Source: Sphagnum compactum
Lineage: Eukaryota
Direction of reading: 5' to 3'
NCBI GenBank assembly: GCA_965153455.1
Contig: OZ234493.1
Coordinates: 20,016,213-20,080,212, forward strand
Length of the DNA: 64,000 nucleotides
Each line of letters opens with the position of its first letter. Position 1 is the stretch's first letter. A program made the translations under genes and the position numbers. Below, one piece after another: positions 24,999 through 38,800 of the stretch. The notes below the pieces were generated by a model that saw nothing but the letters and a program-made list of their open reading frames with translations, made no database searches and had not been told where the DNA came from.

Positions 24999-26879
24999 AA
25001 AGGTGAAGGTAGTTATTAGGAAAGAAGGGAAATAATTATTAAAACAGTTAGTAGCAAACAAGTTAATTATTAGAAAAAGAAGGGTAGTTAGATTTTGGAT
25101 ATGAGACAATTGTATATGGATTAATTTTTAGAAATGTTCAAGGACAACACCATACCATAGATTCCAAATTTTTAAATTTTACAAAATGGAGGCTACAAAA
25201 GATTATAGAAAACCACCCATATATTAGTGCCTCAAAAATTTTCATCACTAGAATAAGATTTCAAATATAGAAAAGTAAGACCTTAAACAATTTTTTAAAA
25301 TATTTTCAAGTTGATGGAGGCCTACGATGTATTAATATTCTCAACTTTTTCATATTATAATCATGATCTATCAAAATTTTAATATAAATTTATATTTTTA
25401 ATCTTGAAAAATAACTGATTTAGAAATTTTTTCATCCTTTAACAAAAAAAAAGGTCCTCAAACTTTATGTGTAGCTTACAATAGACTCAAAGGAGGGCCC
25501 CTTAATTTCATAATGAAATTTAAAAAAGTTTCGAATAATTTTTTTATGTTTATGTCTTGACTATGACTACCATTTGAAAGTAACTTTCGGTTTATTTTAT
25601 CATGTTTATGCCCTTTCACATTTAGACTAAATGAACTTTCCTTTTTATATATTTTGAATGGGTTCTCTTTTTTTGCTTTGATCTAGTGATGATTTTGGTG
25701 TATTTTTTTATGTTTATGGTTGTGGCATCACAAGTTTCGATACATGAATTGAAGAACATCCAAAAGCACATTGAATGGGAGGAGACCAATAAGCTTGTGA
25801 AATCTATTTGTCTTATGAAACTTTTGAATTGTTCCAATTTCGTAAAAGATTTAACAATCTTGTAGACACCATAGAAATAAACGATATGATTTGTAACTGT
25901 ATGAGATAATCAACTTCAAGTAGTTGGATTTTAACCATTTTCCATGGAATTCCACAATAAAGAACAAATTCAATTTTCGAATCCAATAATTAGTTCTTCA
26001 TCAGTGGTTGGTAACATTTGCTTTGAAAGTTTTCTACCCAATAATTTTATTTTTTTTAAAGGAAATTTGTTATAGGATTTGTACGCTCTAAGTAAAGGAC
26101 TTTAACTTGTATATTTGTTAATTCAATTGGAATTAATGTTATTTCTAATGATGAATGAGTTGGAAACAAACATTGAGAAACATGCATAAAATGGTGAGTC
26201 ATATAATGTAAACAACTTTTATTTTAGAGTTGTCATTCAAGTACCATGTGGAATTTATATGTTTGGATTGATATATTTCATTGTATGCAAAATTTGTGTG
26301 ATGGAGGCTAAGGTGAAGCTTTTGGTTTACCAAAAGGTAATAAAAAAAATTGGCACAAAATTGACACCCTTGCAGATTTATTTTAGGATTGTTTCTTCTA
26401 CTTATTATTCAACAAGGGTGCATTCACACTAACACGAGCAATAGCAAAAATAACTAGTGCTTAATTTTTCATCTGTTAATGTGAAAATTTGTATTAATGT
26501 TGCAAGTCATTAAAAAACATTCATGGTCAACAATGTTTCTAATATATTATGAAAACATATGGTATGATTTGGAATGAATCTAATGAGAATAGAGTACTAA
26601 AAAACACTCATCAAACACTATAACCACTGGTTTTTTAACATTGTAAATACTTTGATTTTGTGAATTTTGTTTTAACATGCCATATTTTGGGGGAGATTCT
26701 TTAAACATATCTTACATAATAATATAATGCAACATCTTTTTAAGTCATAATTTTTTGGTAATTTTTTTTTCAATTTATAAAATGAAATATTCCTAGGATA
26801 TTTCAAGTTATATAGTCCTTAAGCATGTAGGGTTGGTTCATGTTAACTATGGACATACCCACATTAGGATGGCACCAAA

Positions 26880-27200
26880 ACATGGGACTGAAAATTTGGC
26901 CCCATGTATGTAGAAAGTTACGTTGGCCAAAAATTTCAATCCCATGTATGTTTTATTCCCATCCTTTATAAATATATGGGATCGAGTTTTCAATTCCAAA
27001 TTTCAATTCCATGTTACATACATGGGATTAAATTTTTAATCCCATTTGCCATTAATATGTGAGGAAAATTGAGATCAAAATTTTGATACCATATTGTTCA
27101 ATTTACATGGGATGAAAATTGGGACTGAAATTTTGGTCCCATCTTATGTACAGTTGAAAATGGGACCAAAACTAAATTTTACTTATTTTGATCCCATATA
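26880..27200. repeat. Array of imperfect palindromic units (ATGGGAYYRAAATTTTRRTCCCAT), resembling TE subterminal repeats
   Basis: About 8 full or half units, e.g. atgggactgaaaatttggccccat, atgggattaaatttttaatcccat, gggactgaaattttggtcccat. Confidence 0.7.
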
Positions 27201-30200
27201 AGATTGAACAATTTTTTTTGTACTATTTGTGTAATCTTTGTGTATTTTTAATGCCTTATATTTTATTAAGTGAAATGTAAATTTTTTAAAATATTAATGT
27301 GTATCTTTTTATCCATACAATTAACTTCATGTTTACTCTAACACTGAAAATGATGTGTTGGATGTGACATTGATGTGACATCTAATGTGAAATTGTCAAT
27401 TTTCATCCATTCAACAACCATGATACACATGCATTGCAACATAGTAGACAACATGTGGTTCCAAATGTTCGAATTGTCAAGCACAATGGTTATTGGATAT
27501 AGTGGAAATAACATACATAGTAATGATGTTCCCTCCACCTAGTTTTTTCTCTCTTTTAATTTAAACATGTCTCCCAATTCCACCACCCTACAAAGCTTCA
27601 TGATTTTCAAGCTATTTGCCATGGGTACCACTTGCTTAGGACAAACACTCTTTGTCCATTGTTAAATGAGTTGATCAATTGAACGTCATGATTGCCCAAC
27701 CTTGTCATTTGAAATGAAAGTAGTAAAAATTTTGATAGCCACTAGCAACATGTTTTACTAGATTATAAAGTTGTTTGATGTATTTTTTTTCAAATTTACC
27801 AAGTTTTGCTAAAGTCTAGCTTTGTCCTCTTCTACCTCCTCTTCAATCAAGCTCTATACTTATATATTTATATACTTTAAAAGCAACTTGAGGTACTTAT
27901 TTTGCATGCTTTCACAAAAAGTGGGGATGTGGGATTAATAGATGAATGTTTGTTTTGCTTAAACTAACAAATTTATTTTTCATTTTTCGAAAAGAAAGTG
28001 CAACTCTAGTGCCTTATTTTTGTTGGTTGGATGGGTTCCAACTTGATGTTAATTAAATCTTTATTGGTTTAATCTTCTTTTCATAAATGATGGGTTGAAT
28101 AGTGTTTTGAGTGCATCAAGATATATTTTCTTTCTATTACAATTGCAATAGTTTCAAATAAAAACACATCAAAGTTGTCATCAAAGTATGCAATTGGGTT
28201 CTACAAATACATTGGATCAATTCTTAAGAGCTCAACAATGGGCTTTACATTGGAGTTGTTTATGTATGCATATAGAAAACAATTGATATTATTGTTTGAA
28301 CAATGTTGACCTAGATCTCTTGTATGTTTTTGTGTGTGAAAGTTATGCCGATAAATTTATGGGATTATGATCCAATAATATATTCCTTGGTGCATTCCTA
28401 TATTTAATTCAAATGTTAGTTAAAACATATACTTGGTTTGGTTTAAAGATCTTGATGGATGTACAAGGTTCAAGTACGGAGTTGTGTTAATAATTACCAA
28501 AACATAGAATCCAAAATGTTTTTTGGGTTGGAGATATTTTTTAATATATTTCATTTATAATTTGGGACAAGTTGTAAACTACTTATCAATAAATAAATAA
28601 TATCACACAAATCACATCATACACAAAGTTGATGGAAATTTCACATAGCTAAAAATACAAATATGATAGAATGTTTCAAGACAAAATCCAATTGATGATG
28701 ATACTACATTGCTAATTTTGACATTTCAAAACTTCAATTGGTTCATTTTACCACTAAAAATTTCCCTTTTCTTCTTGTGATTTTATCATTACACAAAAGG
28801 AATCAAAACAATATGATATTAACAACTTTAGTTTGAAAACTTGAACAAGAGGCTGCAAATATGATAATAGGAGTCAAAAAGGGTGTGGACATTATTAAAA
28901 GAAACTACACCCTTACATCTTTGAAACAACACATTGGGGACATAATAATTTAGAATGTTAATTTATCTAAATAGGAATATGGTCTATTATTTGCAAAGTG
29001 GTGCAACCATACAAATTTCATGAACTTTTGTGGCATTTCAAAAATATGAAATGAGTAAAAATGTCTAAACAAAAAAATTTAACTTCAAATGTCTTTTTTG
29101 TTTCTCAAATGCATGCATCATTGATTCACAAAATTGGAACATATATTCATGTTGATGATTAAAATAAAACATTGAGTTGAAATTGGTTGAAGTTTTATTT
29201 ATTACATATATAACCACATTTGTGCTTTTAACTTTCAAATTTACAAAATTTGAAAATTTGAATATGTTTTAAACAAAAGTTGATCATTTTGTTTGAAGGA
29301 GAATATGGATAAATTTTATCAAGGATATAATGTTAGTTAAATAGTTTTTTCCATCACTTTTTAACATGTTTTAAATTAGTTCAAATCCCATCTAAGTTTG
29401 TATACTTGTAAAATAGTTTCGTGTGATAAGCTTTTTCCAAATAATGTAAAGCTCAATCTAGCATACAACCTTAGAATGTTTATTTTGTGTTGGAAACACA
29501 TTTATTTGTTATATATAAAGAAAAATCATTTTGTATACACATTCAATTTCATGTACTTGAAATTCATTGATGAACATAAGCAAACAACATTACCAAAGTT
29601 GAATGACAAAATAAAATGAAATTATGGGGCCAAATGTATCAAATGTGATGAGGCCCATGACTTTCAAAGGAAAGCACTTTAACCTTGGTGCAGCTCTAGA
29701 ACATCCTTTTGTAGTGACTACACCAAAAAAACAACATTATGTTTTTCAACTCATGAAAGAAAAGGTCCAAAACTTGTTGGTTTCTTTGCCAAAACTCAAA
29801 GGAAGTCTTTCAAGGATCATGTTAAACCAACAAGTCAAATAAAAGTGGAAGAACTTCCACGTCAACCTTTGAGTCCAAATATAATCCCAATGTGATTTGT
29901 CACTATCGTTGAAAAAAAGGCACATTGTTTTAGATTGCAAAAATAAAGCATAATTTCATGCCAAAGGGGTGTTCAAAAAGCTTGAGCTAATGTTATAACT
30001 TGAAGTTCATCAACCTTAGCCTTGACATTTTGAACTAAAACACATCAACCTTTCATGGTTGTTGTTGCCAAAGAAAGTAATATTTGGTATTTTGATATTG
30101 ATGTAACATTTGGCACCTTGAAGATGTTGGTCCTCCTCATATAGACCTTTGAACCCCTCCCTCTTTATGCTCATGATATGAGGGATAATGTAAGTTTTAA

Positions 30201-30699
30201 AAAAAATGGTGTAGCAACAATCACCATTTGTCATGATACAAGCCACATTATTAAAGGAGGATGGCTTGTGCATGAGCGTGAAGCCTGAGCTTGGAGCTTT
30301 GAGGTTGGAACTTAAAGTTTAATATGATTTTAATCCACCTACATGGATGATTATGTTCATAGATAATGATTTCATATGGATGAATGTCATTTTTACATGG
30401 ATGAATTTCATTTATGATTTGAAATAAATAAATAAATCATTGGATGAAATTCATCCATGATTGGAAGATAAAAAAATTCAAAATCATTTATATCCATCCT
30501 CATTTGTTGTCCAAATATTAATATCTCAAACTTGAATGTCATTTAATAATGATGGATAATGAAATTGTGATAATAGGGGAAAATATGCTAGTGGGACCAA
30601 AATGATTTAAATTTTTTTGTTTAATAAATCATTTTCATGAACAATGTCAAGCAATTCAGAAAAATATTGTCATGGGTGAATGAGTGTCACCGCCCCTCC

Positions 30700-31100
30700 C
30701 CCCGCCCAATTGTTGTAAACAACGTTATATATTTACTTCGTGGAAAACTCAGGTGCTTTGAAAATAAATAATTATTAAAAACAACCCCATTGTCATCTAT
30801 GACTATACGTTGTTTGAAAAAAGCTAATTAAGGTGCCTAAAACTGAATTTTATTTTATTTTAAAGCCCATTATTATTAATGACATTATGTAGTCTAAAAA
30901 TATTTAAAACATTCAAAACCAATTGTTGTCTACAACATTGATTAAATTTGAAGAAAGTCATGGCACCTTTGATGAAGAATGAAAAAAAAAACCCCCATCG
31001 TTGCCAATGACAATTATATGTAGGTTTGAAAGAAGTTGTGGCACCTTTTAGACGAGGGGGAGGAAAAAACCTAATGTCATTGACAACATTGGGTTTATTT
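30700..31100. repeat. Degenerate tandem repeats of about 70-90 bp (ttgtc..tgacaa...ttgaa.gaag...ggcaccttt)
   Basis: Four to five related units, with ggcaccttt at about 30962 and 31040. Confidence 0.45.
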
Positions 31101-32436
31101 GCTCAAAAAAAAACAAAAAAAGATTTTTAATTTTTTTTAAATTTTAAAAACAACAATGACCATGAGGTGAATGTTAGCATAGTAATGTTAATATATATAC
31201 AATTATGACATTTTTGAAATAATGGCATTTTAAACCATAGCCATGAAATACATCTATAATGAAATTTACAGTATATTATTCAACAAATGTTATATCATAT
31301 ATAATTAGATTGTGTTTTATGAAGCTCTATTTAATTAAAATTATGGGAAAAAAATTTATCCATAAAACTTTAATGATAAAATATAACATTCATCCATAAT
31401 TTTAATGGAAGTTCTATTTATTAAAAACATGTACTAAATGCAATTAATTATTTTCATCCAGACATTACATGAATGAAAAAAATCATTCATCCATAATGAA
31501 GATGAATGTTTACATTCATCCTCATGTTTGCATCTAAGTTTATTAGTCAACATTCATTTTGCGATTAAATTCTTGGGTTTTACTTGCATGTGTATAGGGG
31601 AAAAGACATTTTACCATCCCAAATTCCAACTTTAGGCTTTAGGCTCAGGCTCTAGGTTCATGTAATAGATTGCCTCCAATAATTTTCATTTCCATGATCA
31701 TTACATGGTGAAGACAATAAAAAAGCTCAAAAAATAACTTTCCATTGTAATCAAAGGGATTTTTACATCCCATTGGTGAAGGAGTCTCCTCAATAAAAAT
31801 TAATTTTATTGTTGGCCATAACATCAAGATGCAAATAACATCAATTGTCACTATTGTTTAATTCAAACAAATTTTGTGCCATGCATGAAATTAAAGATAG
31901 AAATGTCATGGTCCTTGGAATTAACAACAATTTCCAACAATTATTTCACACCTTCCCACTTTGTGAGGGATGTGTTGTTGGAAAACAACCCCAAAAAATT
32001 CCAACTTTTCTTGAAATGATTTTGAAACCAAAGTTGTGTTCAAACTCATACATTTAGACAAATGTGGTCCCATGCAAATAAAGTCTTTGAATGGATTTGT
32101 TTACTGTACAACATCTATAGATGATTATTCATGATTCATAAAAATTTATTTTCTCAAGAGCAAATATGATGTCTTTCAATGTTTTAATCTTACAAAGATA
32201 TTGTTGAAACTCAAATAAGTAACAAAATCAAATGTTTGTGATTTGACACTGGTGGTGAATACATTTATAGTATTTTATCAAGTTTTGTGAAGATAATGGC
32301 ATGTCTTGACCATATAATATGTCATATAGATTTGAACAAAACAAGGTGTTTAAGTGGAAGAACCACATTTTTGTTTGAAGTTGCCCACAACATGTAACCT
32401 ACAACATGTAGCCTTTCCAAATAGCTAAACTCCCAC

Positions 32437-32862
32437 ATGTAGGTGTAAACACAATAAAATGACTCACCTATGGCATGACCAATGGTTAATTTTACATGTT
32501 TTTAAGTGGGACATTAAATTAATGTTGAAAATGTTTTATGTACTTATACAACAATGTTTTTAATATATTATGTAACCATTTAATTTTTTTTGAAATGAAT
32601 GTAATGAATATAAAATATCCAAAAACACTTTTAAAGCATTGTAACCAATGTTTTTCACTACTTAAAATACTTTTAAAAAGACTTGAAAATATTTGAAAGT
32701 ACATATGTTTAAGTTTTTAAAAATATCAACCTTAACATAATACTATGATTAAAATTTTAAACATCTTAAAATATATATTTCAAAATATTCCAAGAATATT
32801 TAGATTAAACATAGGCCAATGTGGGTGGGTGTGAGTCATTTATCATGCTTGGACCCATACAT
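32437..32862. mobile_element. Degenerate AT-rich MITE inserted in the copia relic
   Basis: Imperfect TIRs: atgtaggtgtaaacacaataaaatgactcac versus the reverse complement of gtgagtcatttatcatgcttggacccatacat. Confidence 0.45.
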
Positions 32863-34417
32863 TCTGACTTAGAGGTTATTCTAATTGTTACATTCAAAAC
32901 CAGTTTTTGGATGTCATAGTGTCATTTGTTTGCACTTTTATGGATTAAAATTTGTTTCATGTCAAATGTTTTTTTAATTTTTAAAAAGGGATTCGATCAT
33001 ATGATTCTTATATAATCTAGTTTGATGTTTAAAAAATGAAATAATTTGAAATGGAAAGTTTTACATAAAATGGGGACTTTTAATTGCAAGCAAGTTATGA
33101 TGTGACAATCTTTATAAAAGGTGGAAATGGACTAATTATAATCATAGTTTGCAATGAAATAACACAAACAAAAAAAACTTAATTCATAAATGTGGTTTGC
33201 AAATCCAAAAATGAGTTCTTTTAAACTATTTCAACATCATATTAAAGTTTGGTGGACTTTTGATGACCAAAAATCAACATAAATGGCAAAGTCCCCCATG
33301 TTATGATTTTGTGGAATTGAGGAAAACAAATCATGAAGATCATAACCTAGTTTACATGACATGGTTAGGTGTTGTGTATTGTTCATTGGAAATTTAGATG
33401 AATGTTAAATACAAATTCACAACTTGAAATTTTTGGCTTGTAAAAAATACATTGTGAATAATATTATTTAAGATTCGAAATTTTGGTCAAAAGTGGCTTA
33501 CTCTAAAATGCAAACACCCATGACTAAACCCCCATGACCACCTCAAGAGCATGCTTATGATGTTCCATTGGAATGGTCTCCATTTATTCTGATTCACCCA
33601 AAACCTTTGAATGTTGAACCAACTTTGCTATTACCATCATTCATTGAACCTAATCTCCTCCCCATGTTCTTACACCTTTTAGTGATCACAACATTGTTGA
33701 TTGATCATGACCTACTTGAAAATTACCTGATCAAAACCTCAATCCTACTTCAAGTCCTTTAGGTTCTCTTCCTCCCCTTACCAATTTATTTAAACTATAA
33801 AAGGGAAAATTACCAAGTATACCAATTATGTTGCAAACTTGGTGACCATTCCCAACTTTTACTAAATTGATGAACTAGCCATGGTTGATGAAGCTTTAAT
33901 TCATTTAAGAAGGGAGCATTGGAAGGAAGCTTTGGAGTCTAAATATGCTTCAACATTCAAAATTCAAACATGTGCGAGCATGTAAAAACAATTCAATTTG
34001 AGTGATTCCTATTTAAAAAACCAGAGTAGATTTTGCATTTTTATATTTGGAGTATTTTATTTTTAAATGCCATAAAAATTTTCATATATTTGTTGTACTA
34101 AATAAACATTAATATGATTTTTTTAATGCATACTATTCTTAATATTTTATGTATTTATCACGAGCTTATTACTCTAGTTGATATTTTTACATTTTTCAAA
34201 TCTAACAATTCAAATGATTTTTATTAATGTTAATTGAACATTATACACCTTGATACACATTTTGATCTAAAACTTGAATTTTTGGATTATGACAATGTGA
34301 AGCCCAAAAATGTGGAATATGTTTGAATTTTATAAAATGTGGAAAGGGTTGCTTTGTGCAATTTTGATAATATTGCAATTTATGGATAATAGATTGAAAG
34401 TAGATTAATTGATACAA

Positions 34418-35221
34418 GGGCAAACCCATCCTTGGGTGGTACCATTAGGAACCACTTCACTAACCAAATTCAAGGAAAGGTGGACTCAATTTAATTTAAT
34501 TTAATTTAAGAACATTAATCTTTTTAAATTGTGATTTTTACTATTGACTTGCACCACATGAGCTTTGTGTTTCCCATCTAAGTACACATTGTGAAAAAAT
34601 TGTAAACACCTACATAGGCTACACAAGTAAAAGATTTGCATTCTTGACATGTGTTTTTGACATTTTTGATGCCTTATCATTAAATGTCAAGTTGCATCAT
34701 TGTAATATTTTTTTGGTTCATCAACTTTAGTCATTAGGGTATGGCTCAAATTGATTGAAAAGAAAAGAAATGAGAATTATTACTACAAAATTGTAAATGT
34801 GAATGCAATGGGCTTTTAAAACTTCTTAGTCCCAACCTTTGGAAATTGCTAAAAAATTATGGTTGCTTCAATCCACTACTACTAAACAAATAAAAAAGAG
34901 GACAATATGAGGCCTTCCTAGAAATTAAACACATTAAAAGAAATGAAAAAAACATGTTCCTTTTGTGTTCTAGAACAAATGAATCCTAGATGTTACATTT
35001 TTGAGACTTTTTCCTTGATCATTCATTTGGAATATTAAAACTTACATTTTTGTAAATTTAATTGAAATGTGAAATTTTATATGACTTGGGTAATCTTTTG
35101 AACTAAAAATTGAAATGAAAAGCTTTCCTTAAGTGGGTCCTATGTTGTCTAAAAATTGGATGGGTCTAAACTTTTTAGGGAGTGGTATTCCTATTGGTAT
35201 CATCCAAGGATGGGTTTGCCC
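34418..35221. mobile_element. Non-autonomous TIR DNA transposon (804 bp, about 39-bp TIRs)
   Basis: Left GGGCAAACCCATCCTTGGGTGGTACCATTAGGAACCACT; right reverse complement GGGCAAACCCATCCTTGGATGATACCAATAGGAATACCACT. ACAA flanks both sides. A related TIR occurs at 37174-37206. Confidence 0.85.
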
Positions 35222-35725
35222 ACAATATCTTTAGCTTTTGAAAACTTCTCCATATCACATTTGATACATTCATATAGGGGTTGAGTATTTTAAAGTGTAA
35301 CATTTAGGACAAAAAGGAGGTAATCCCTATGGAGTTTTATATTTTGATTTCCATAAAGATGAATGAATCAATATTTTTGAATATTTTAGGATAAATTAAA
35401 CCATCACACACTTAGAACCATCAATATCATTCATTTTGTCATCCATATGCATGGTAAATATGATTAGTAAAGAAATATTTAAAAAATAATGTTCTGACAC
35501 ATTTTTGATATTCTTCAAAAAGTTTGGATTCGTAGTTCAAAAGGTCAATCTCACAAGGTGTCACCTATTCTCTAATGTACTTTTCACACAATTTTGTTCT
35601 TTTGCCTTTGAGGATAGCTTTTTTGGCCTACTTTATTTTGCTTGGACCCGAAAATGCAAGATGTTGATTCAACACTACCACCAAGTCAATTAGTTGTTAA
35701 TTGCAAGTGGATTTTGAGAAGGAAT

Positions 35726-35879
35726 CACTACAACAAAAGGTGTCCCTGTACGCCAAGTGATTTCACTGGATTTTGAGTGAATTCACTAGTTGTAGTGAAC
35801 AGGGACCAGTGAAAAAGCAATGAATTCATTAGTCTAGTGAACGGGGACTAATGAATTGCACCCACATTTTGTAGTAGTG
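35726..35879. mobile_element. Miniature CACTA (En/Spm) element, 154 bp
   Basis: TIR CACTACAACAAAAGGTG versus right reverse complement CACTACTACAAAATGTG (15/17). The 3-bp TSD AAT is present on both sides. Internal repeats tagtgaac.gggac.a.tgaa. Confidence 0.9.
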
Positions 35880-38800
35880 AATCATCATATTTCAATATTG
35901 GAATGTTGCTCAAGGGAAAAACTCCAGGAATTAGTTATTAAAATTATATCATTAAGAATAACAATTACATGTGTAGCTACACATTCACTAAATGAATGTG
36001 AAAAAATCATTCTTAAACTTTTTGAATCTTAAATGAAGAAATAAACATGTTTCAACCTAAAAACTTTGTTCACTTTGATTGCCCAAAGAAGGTTTATAGA
36101 CTTTTCAAAACCATTTATGACTTAAAACAATTAGGTGAATGTGGTATGGGAGATATAATTCTTATTTCCTACAAAGTGAGATCAAAAAGTGTGTTGTTGA
36201 TCCCAACATATGTATCAAAACAATTCAAGTCATTTTGTCCTTTTAACTTGGTTTTATGTGAATGATTAATTAAAATTTGTGAGCAATGATGAATGATTTT
36301 TATAAGGTGTCAAAGTTGACCTCTCTAGTGCATTTTAATTGACTAATTTACAAACCCCATAGAATAAATTGTTTTTAGATTCAAGTACGTAAGGCCATCA
36401 TTTCAACCATTCCATTCACTTGCTTCAAGAGAGATATTTTGGGGATATTTTCAAGCATTTTGCGATGTTGGAATGTAAGGTTGAAAGTAAGATAAAATAA
36501 ACACAAAAAGTAAATGTCTCTATTATAATTATGTGTCATTCACATAATTATAATAAAATAACATAAAATTAAGTGAAAATATGTGTCAAGTACTGTCCAT
36601 GTTTGAGTTATTAAGTTAATTTAAAAAAAAAAAAAAAAAAACCAAAAACAATTTGAACCTTATCTGTAAAGTAAAAATACATTTGAAACCAATTAATTAA
36701 TGTGTTCAAACATAATTTTACATTTAAATACTTAATGAAATAGATATTGTATGGGCATAAGCAAGATAAAGTGAACAATTTTAAATACAAAAGCAAAGTA
36801 GATATAAAATAGTAACAAAACCCATGATAAAATGATTATACATTGAGTTTCTTTATATGAATGATTAAAGATTAAATAATTCTTCACTATAATGCATTAT
36901 TTTTCAAAATTTGCATCATAAAAATAGATTGAAAATAAGTTTTTCAAGATATAAATAGCTTTTACAGTCTATTTTTCGCAAAATGTGGACTATTGTAAAT
37001 GCTAACAAATAAAAAATAGATTAAATTTTCTAGATCCCTTAGAAATATAATTATTCTTATATCCTAACATTGTATAAATGTATTTCATTATATATTCTGT
37101 GTTTAAGGTTCCCCAACCATGAATTTACCACCCATTAAACATGGATATTTTTTGTTTATTTTCAAACCTTATTGGGTGAAAACATCCTTGGGTGGTACCA
37201 CTAGGAATGTCACACTTTGATTTTCTTAGACCTATCAAACTTTAAAAAATCATAGGAAACATTTAAATAAATATTTTCATAAAATGTTTTTAATGAGTAC
37301 ATATATTAGGTTCCATAGATTTTAGAATTTCAATAATATGAAGAATATTGTGTATTTTGATGTTCCTAATCATTGCTCTTTATTTTTTGAATGTAGATTA
37401 TTTTACATGTAAAAAAGAGGACCAAGAGTTTTTTAATGATACTTCCATTCATTTTGATGTTATTTTATTGTTTTCATATACAAAATACAAGGTAAAAATA
37501 AAAATGAATTTGTATAAGTACTGTTTTTGTTTACTTTAATATCATGCTTGCACCCATATGTACTAAGATAAGATATAAAGATCATCATATATTTGAGGTT
37601 GTCCTAAAAAAAATTCTAATCTATCTTTGTTAAAACATATTTGACACCTACTTAAAATTAAAGTTGATTCTAAAAAAGTAGAGTTCACAAATAGATGACA
37701 TTTAAAACATATTAAAACAATATTAAAACAATGCAGAATTTGAAAATTAATGCATCCAAATTGGGTATTAGGAACCACTATGGGACATAACAATCGTTTG
37801 ATTTCATTGAGATAAACACTAATGTAAGATGATGTTAGATCTATTAGATTATTTTTTACAAAAATATTTTAATGTATTATGAGAACATTAGGATAAATTT
37901 GAAATGAAACTAATGAACATGGAATACCCAAAAATACTTTTAAAGCAATTTAACCAATTTGCTTTTTGTTGCTTGAAGGACTTTCAATAAGAGTTGAAAT
38001 TATTTGAAAATAAAACTTAATGAGATTTTTTTTGTATACACATTTGGATATAATATATGATGCAACATCTTTCGGATCATAAAAATTATAATTATTTTCA
38101 TATTGATATGTAAATCATGATTTTAAGAGTATTTCACAAAATATGCTACTTTTAAAGATTTGATTCTTAATGAAAAGGTATTTTATCTTTGATCATTCAA
38201 CTAAAGACATCAAATGCTTCACAACTTTATGATATGAATTTTTGTTGCATATCGAAGTTGTCAATTGCTTCATGTATGCAAATACAAACTTTTCTAAACT
38301 TGGCTTTTCTCGGAAGGAAAGTTGTTCAATTCATGGCATGTCACAAATTAATGCATTTGACAACAATAAAATGCATCTTTTGCTCTGTACATATCACTAA
38401 ACATATGGGAATTACATATGGTGGTGAAGGTTCACATTAACATCTAGTTTAAAAATTCAAAGATGGATCGCCTTTAGTTGGACAAATAATCAAGACTTTT
38501 GCAAGTCTACATCTAGATACATATTTTATACTTGTTGGAGGTGAAATTTCATGACTCAATGTGATTTAAGCAAGCTATTGTTGATCTTTCCTCAATAGAA
38601 ATTGAGTACATTGTAGCTATTTTAGCAACAAATAAAATTGTGTGGCTAACATAACTAATGAAATACCTTGGATCAATTTCCTTAATTGCAACCTATTCAA
38701 CTAATGTGTGATAATCAATCTTGCATTGTGTTGTCAAAGACATCTAAAGAGCATGATCCATTATTCATATCTACATCGAGTATCATTATTTGAGGGACAA

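Noticed and set aside
26880..27200. CRISPR array
   Set aside because: Eukaryotic context, degenerate units, irregular spacing and no cas genes.
25600..30300. Several decayed coding-like minus-strand stretches (about 25620-26460, 27550-28400, 29620-30280)
   Set aside because: Probably TE relics, but I could not assign any diagnostic motif.
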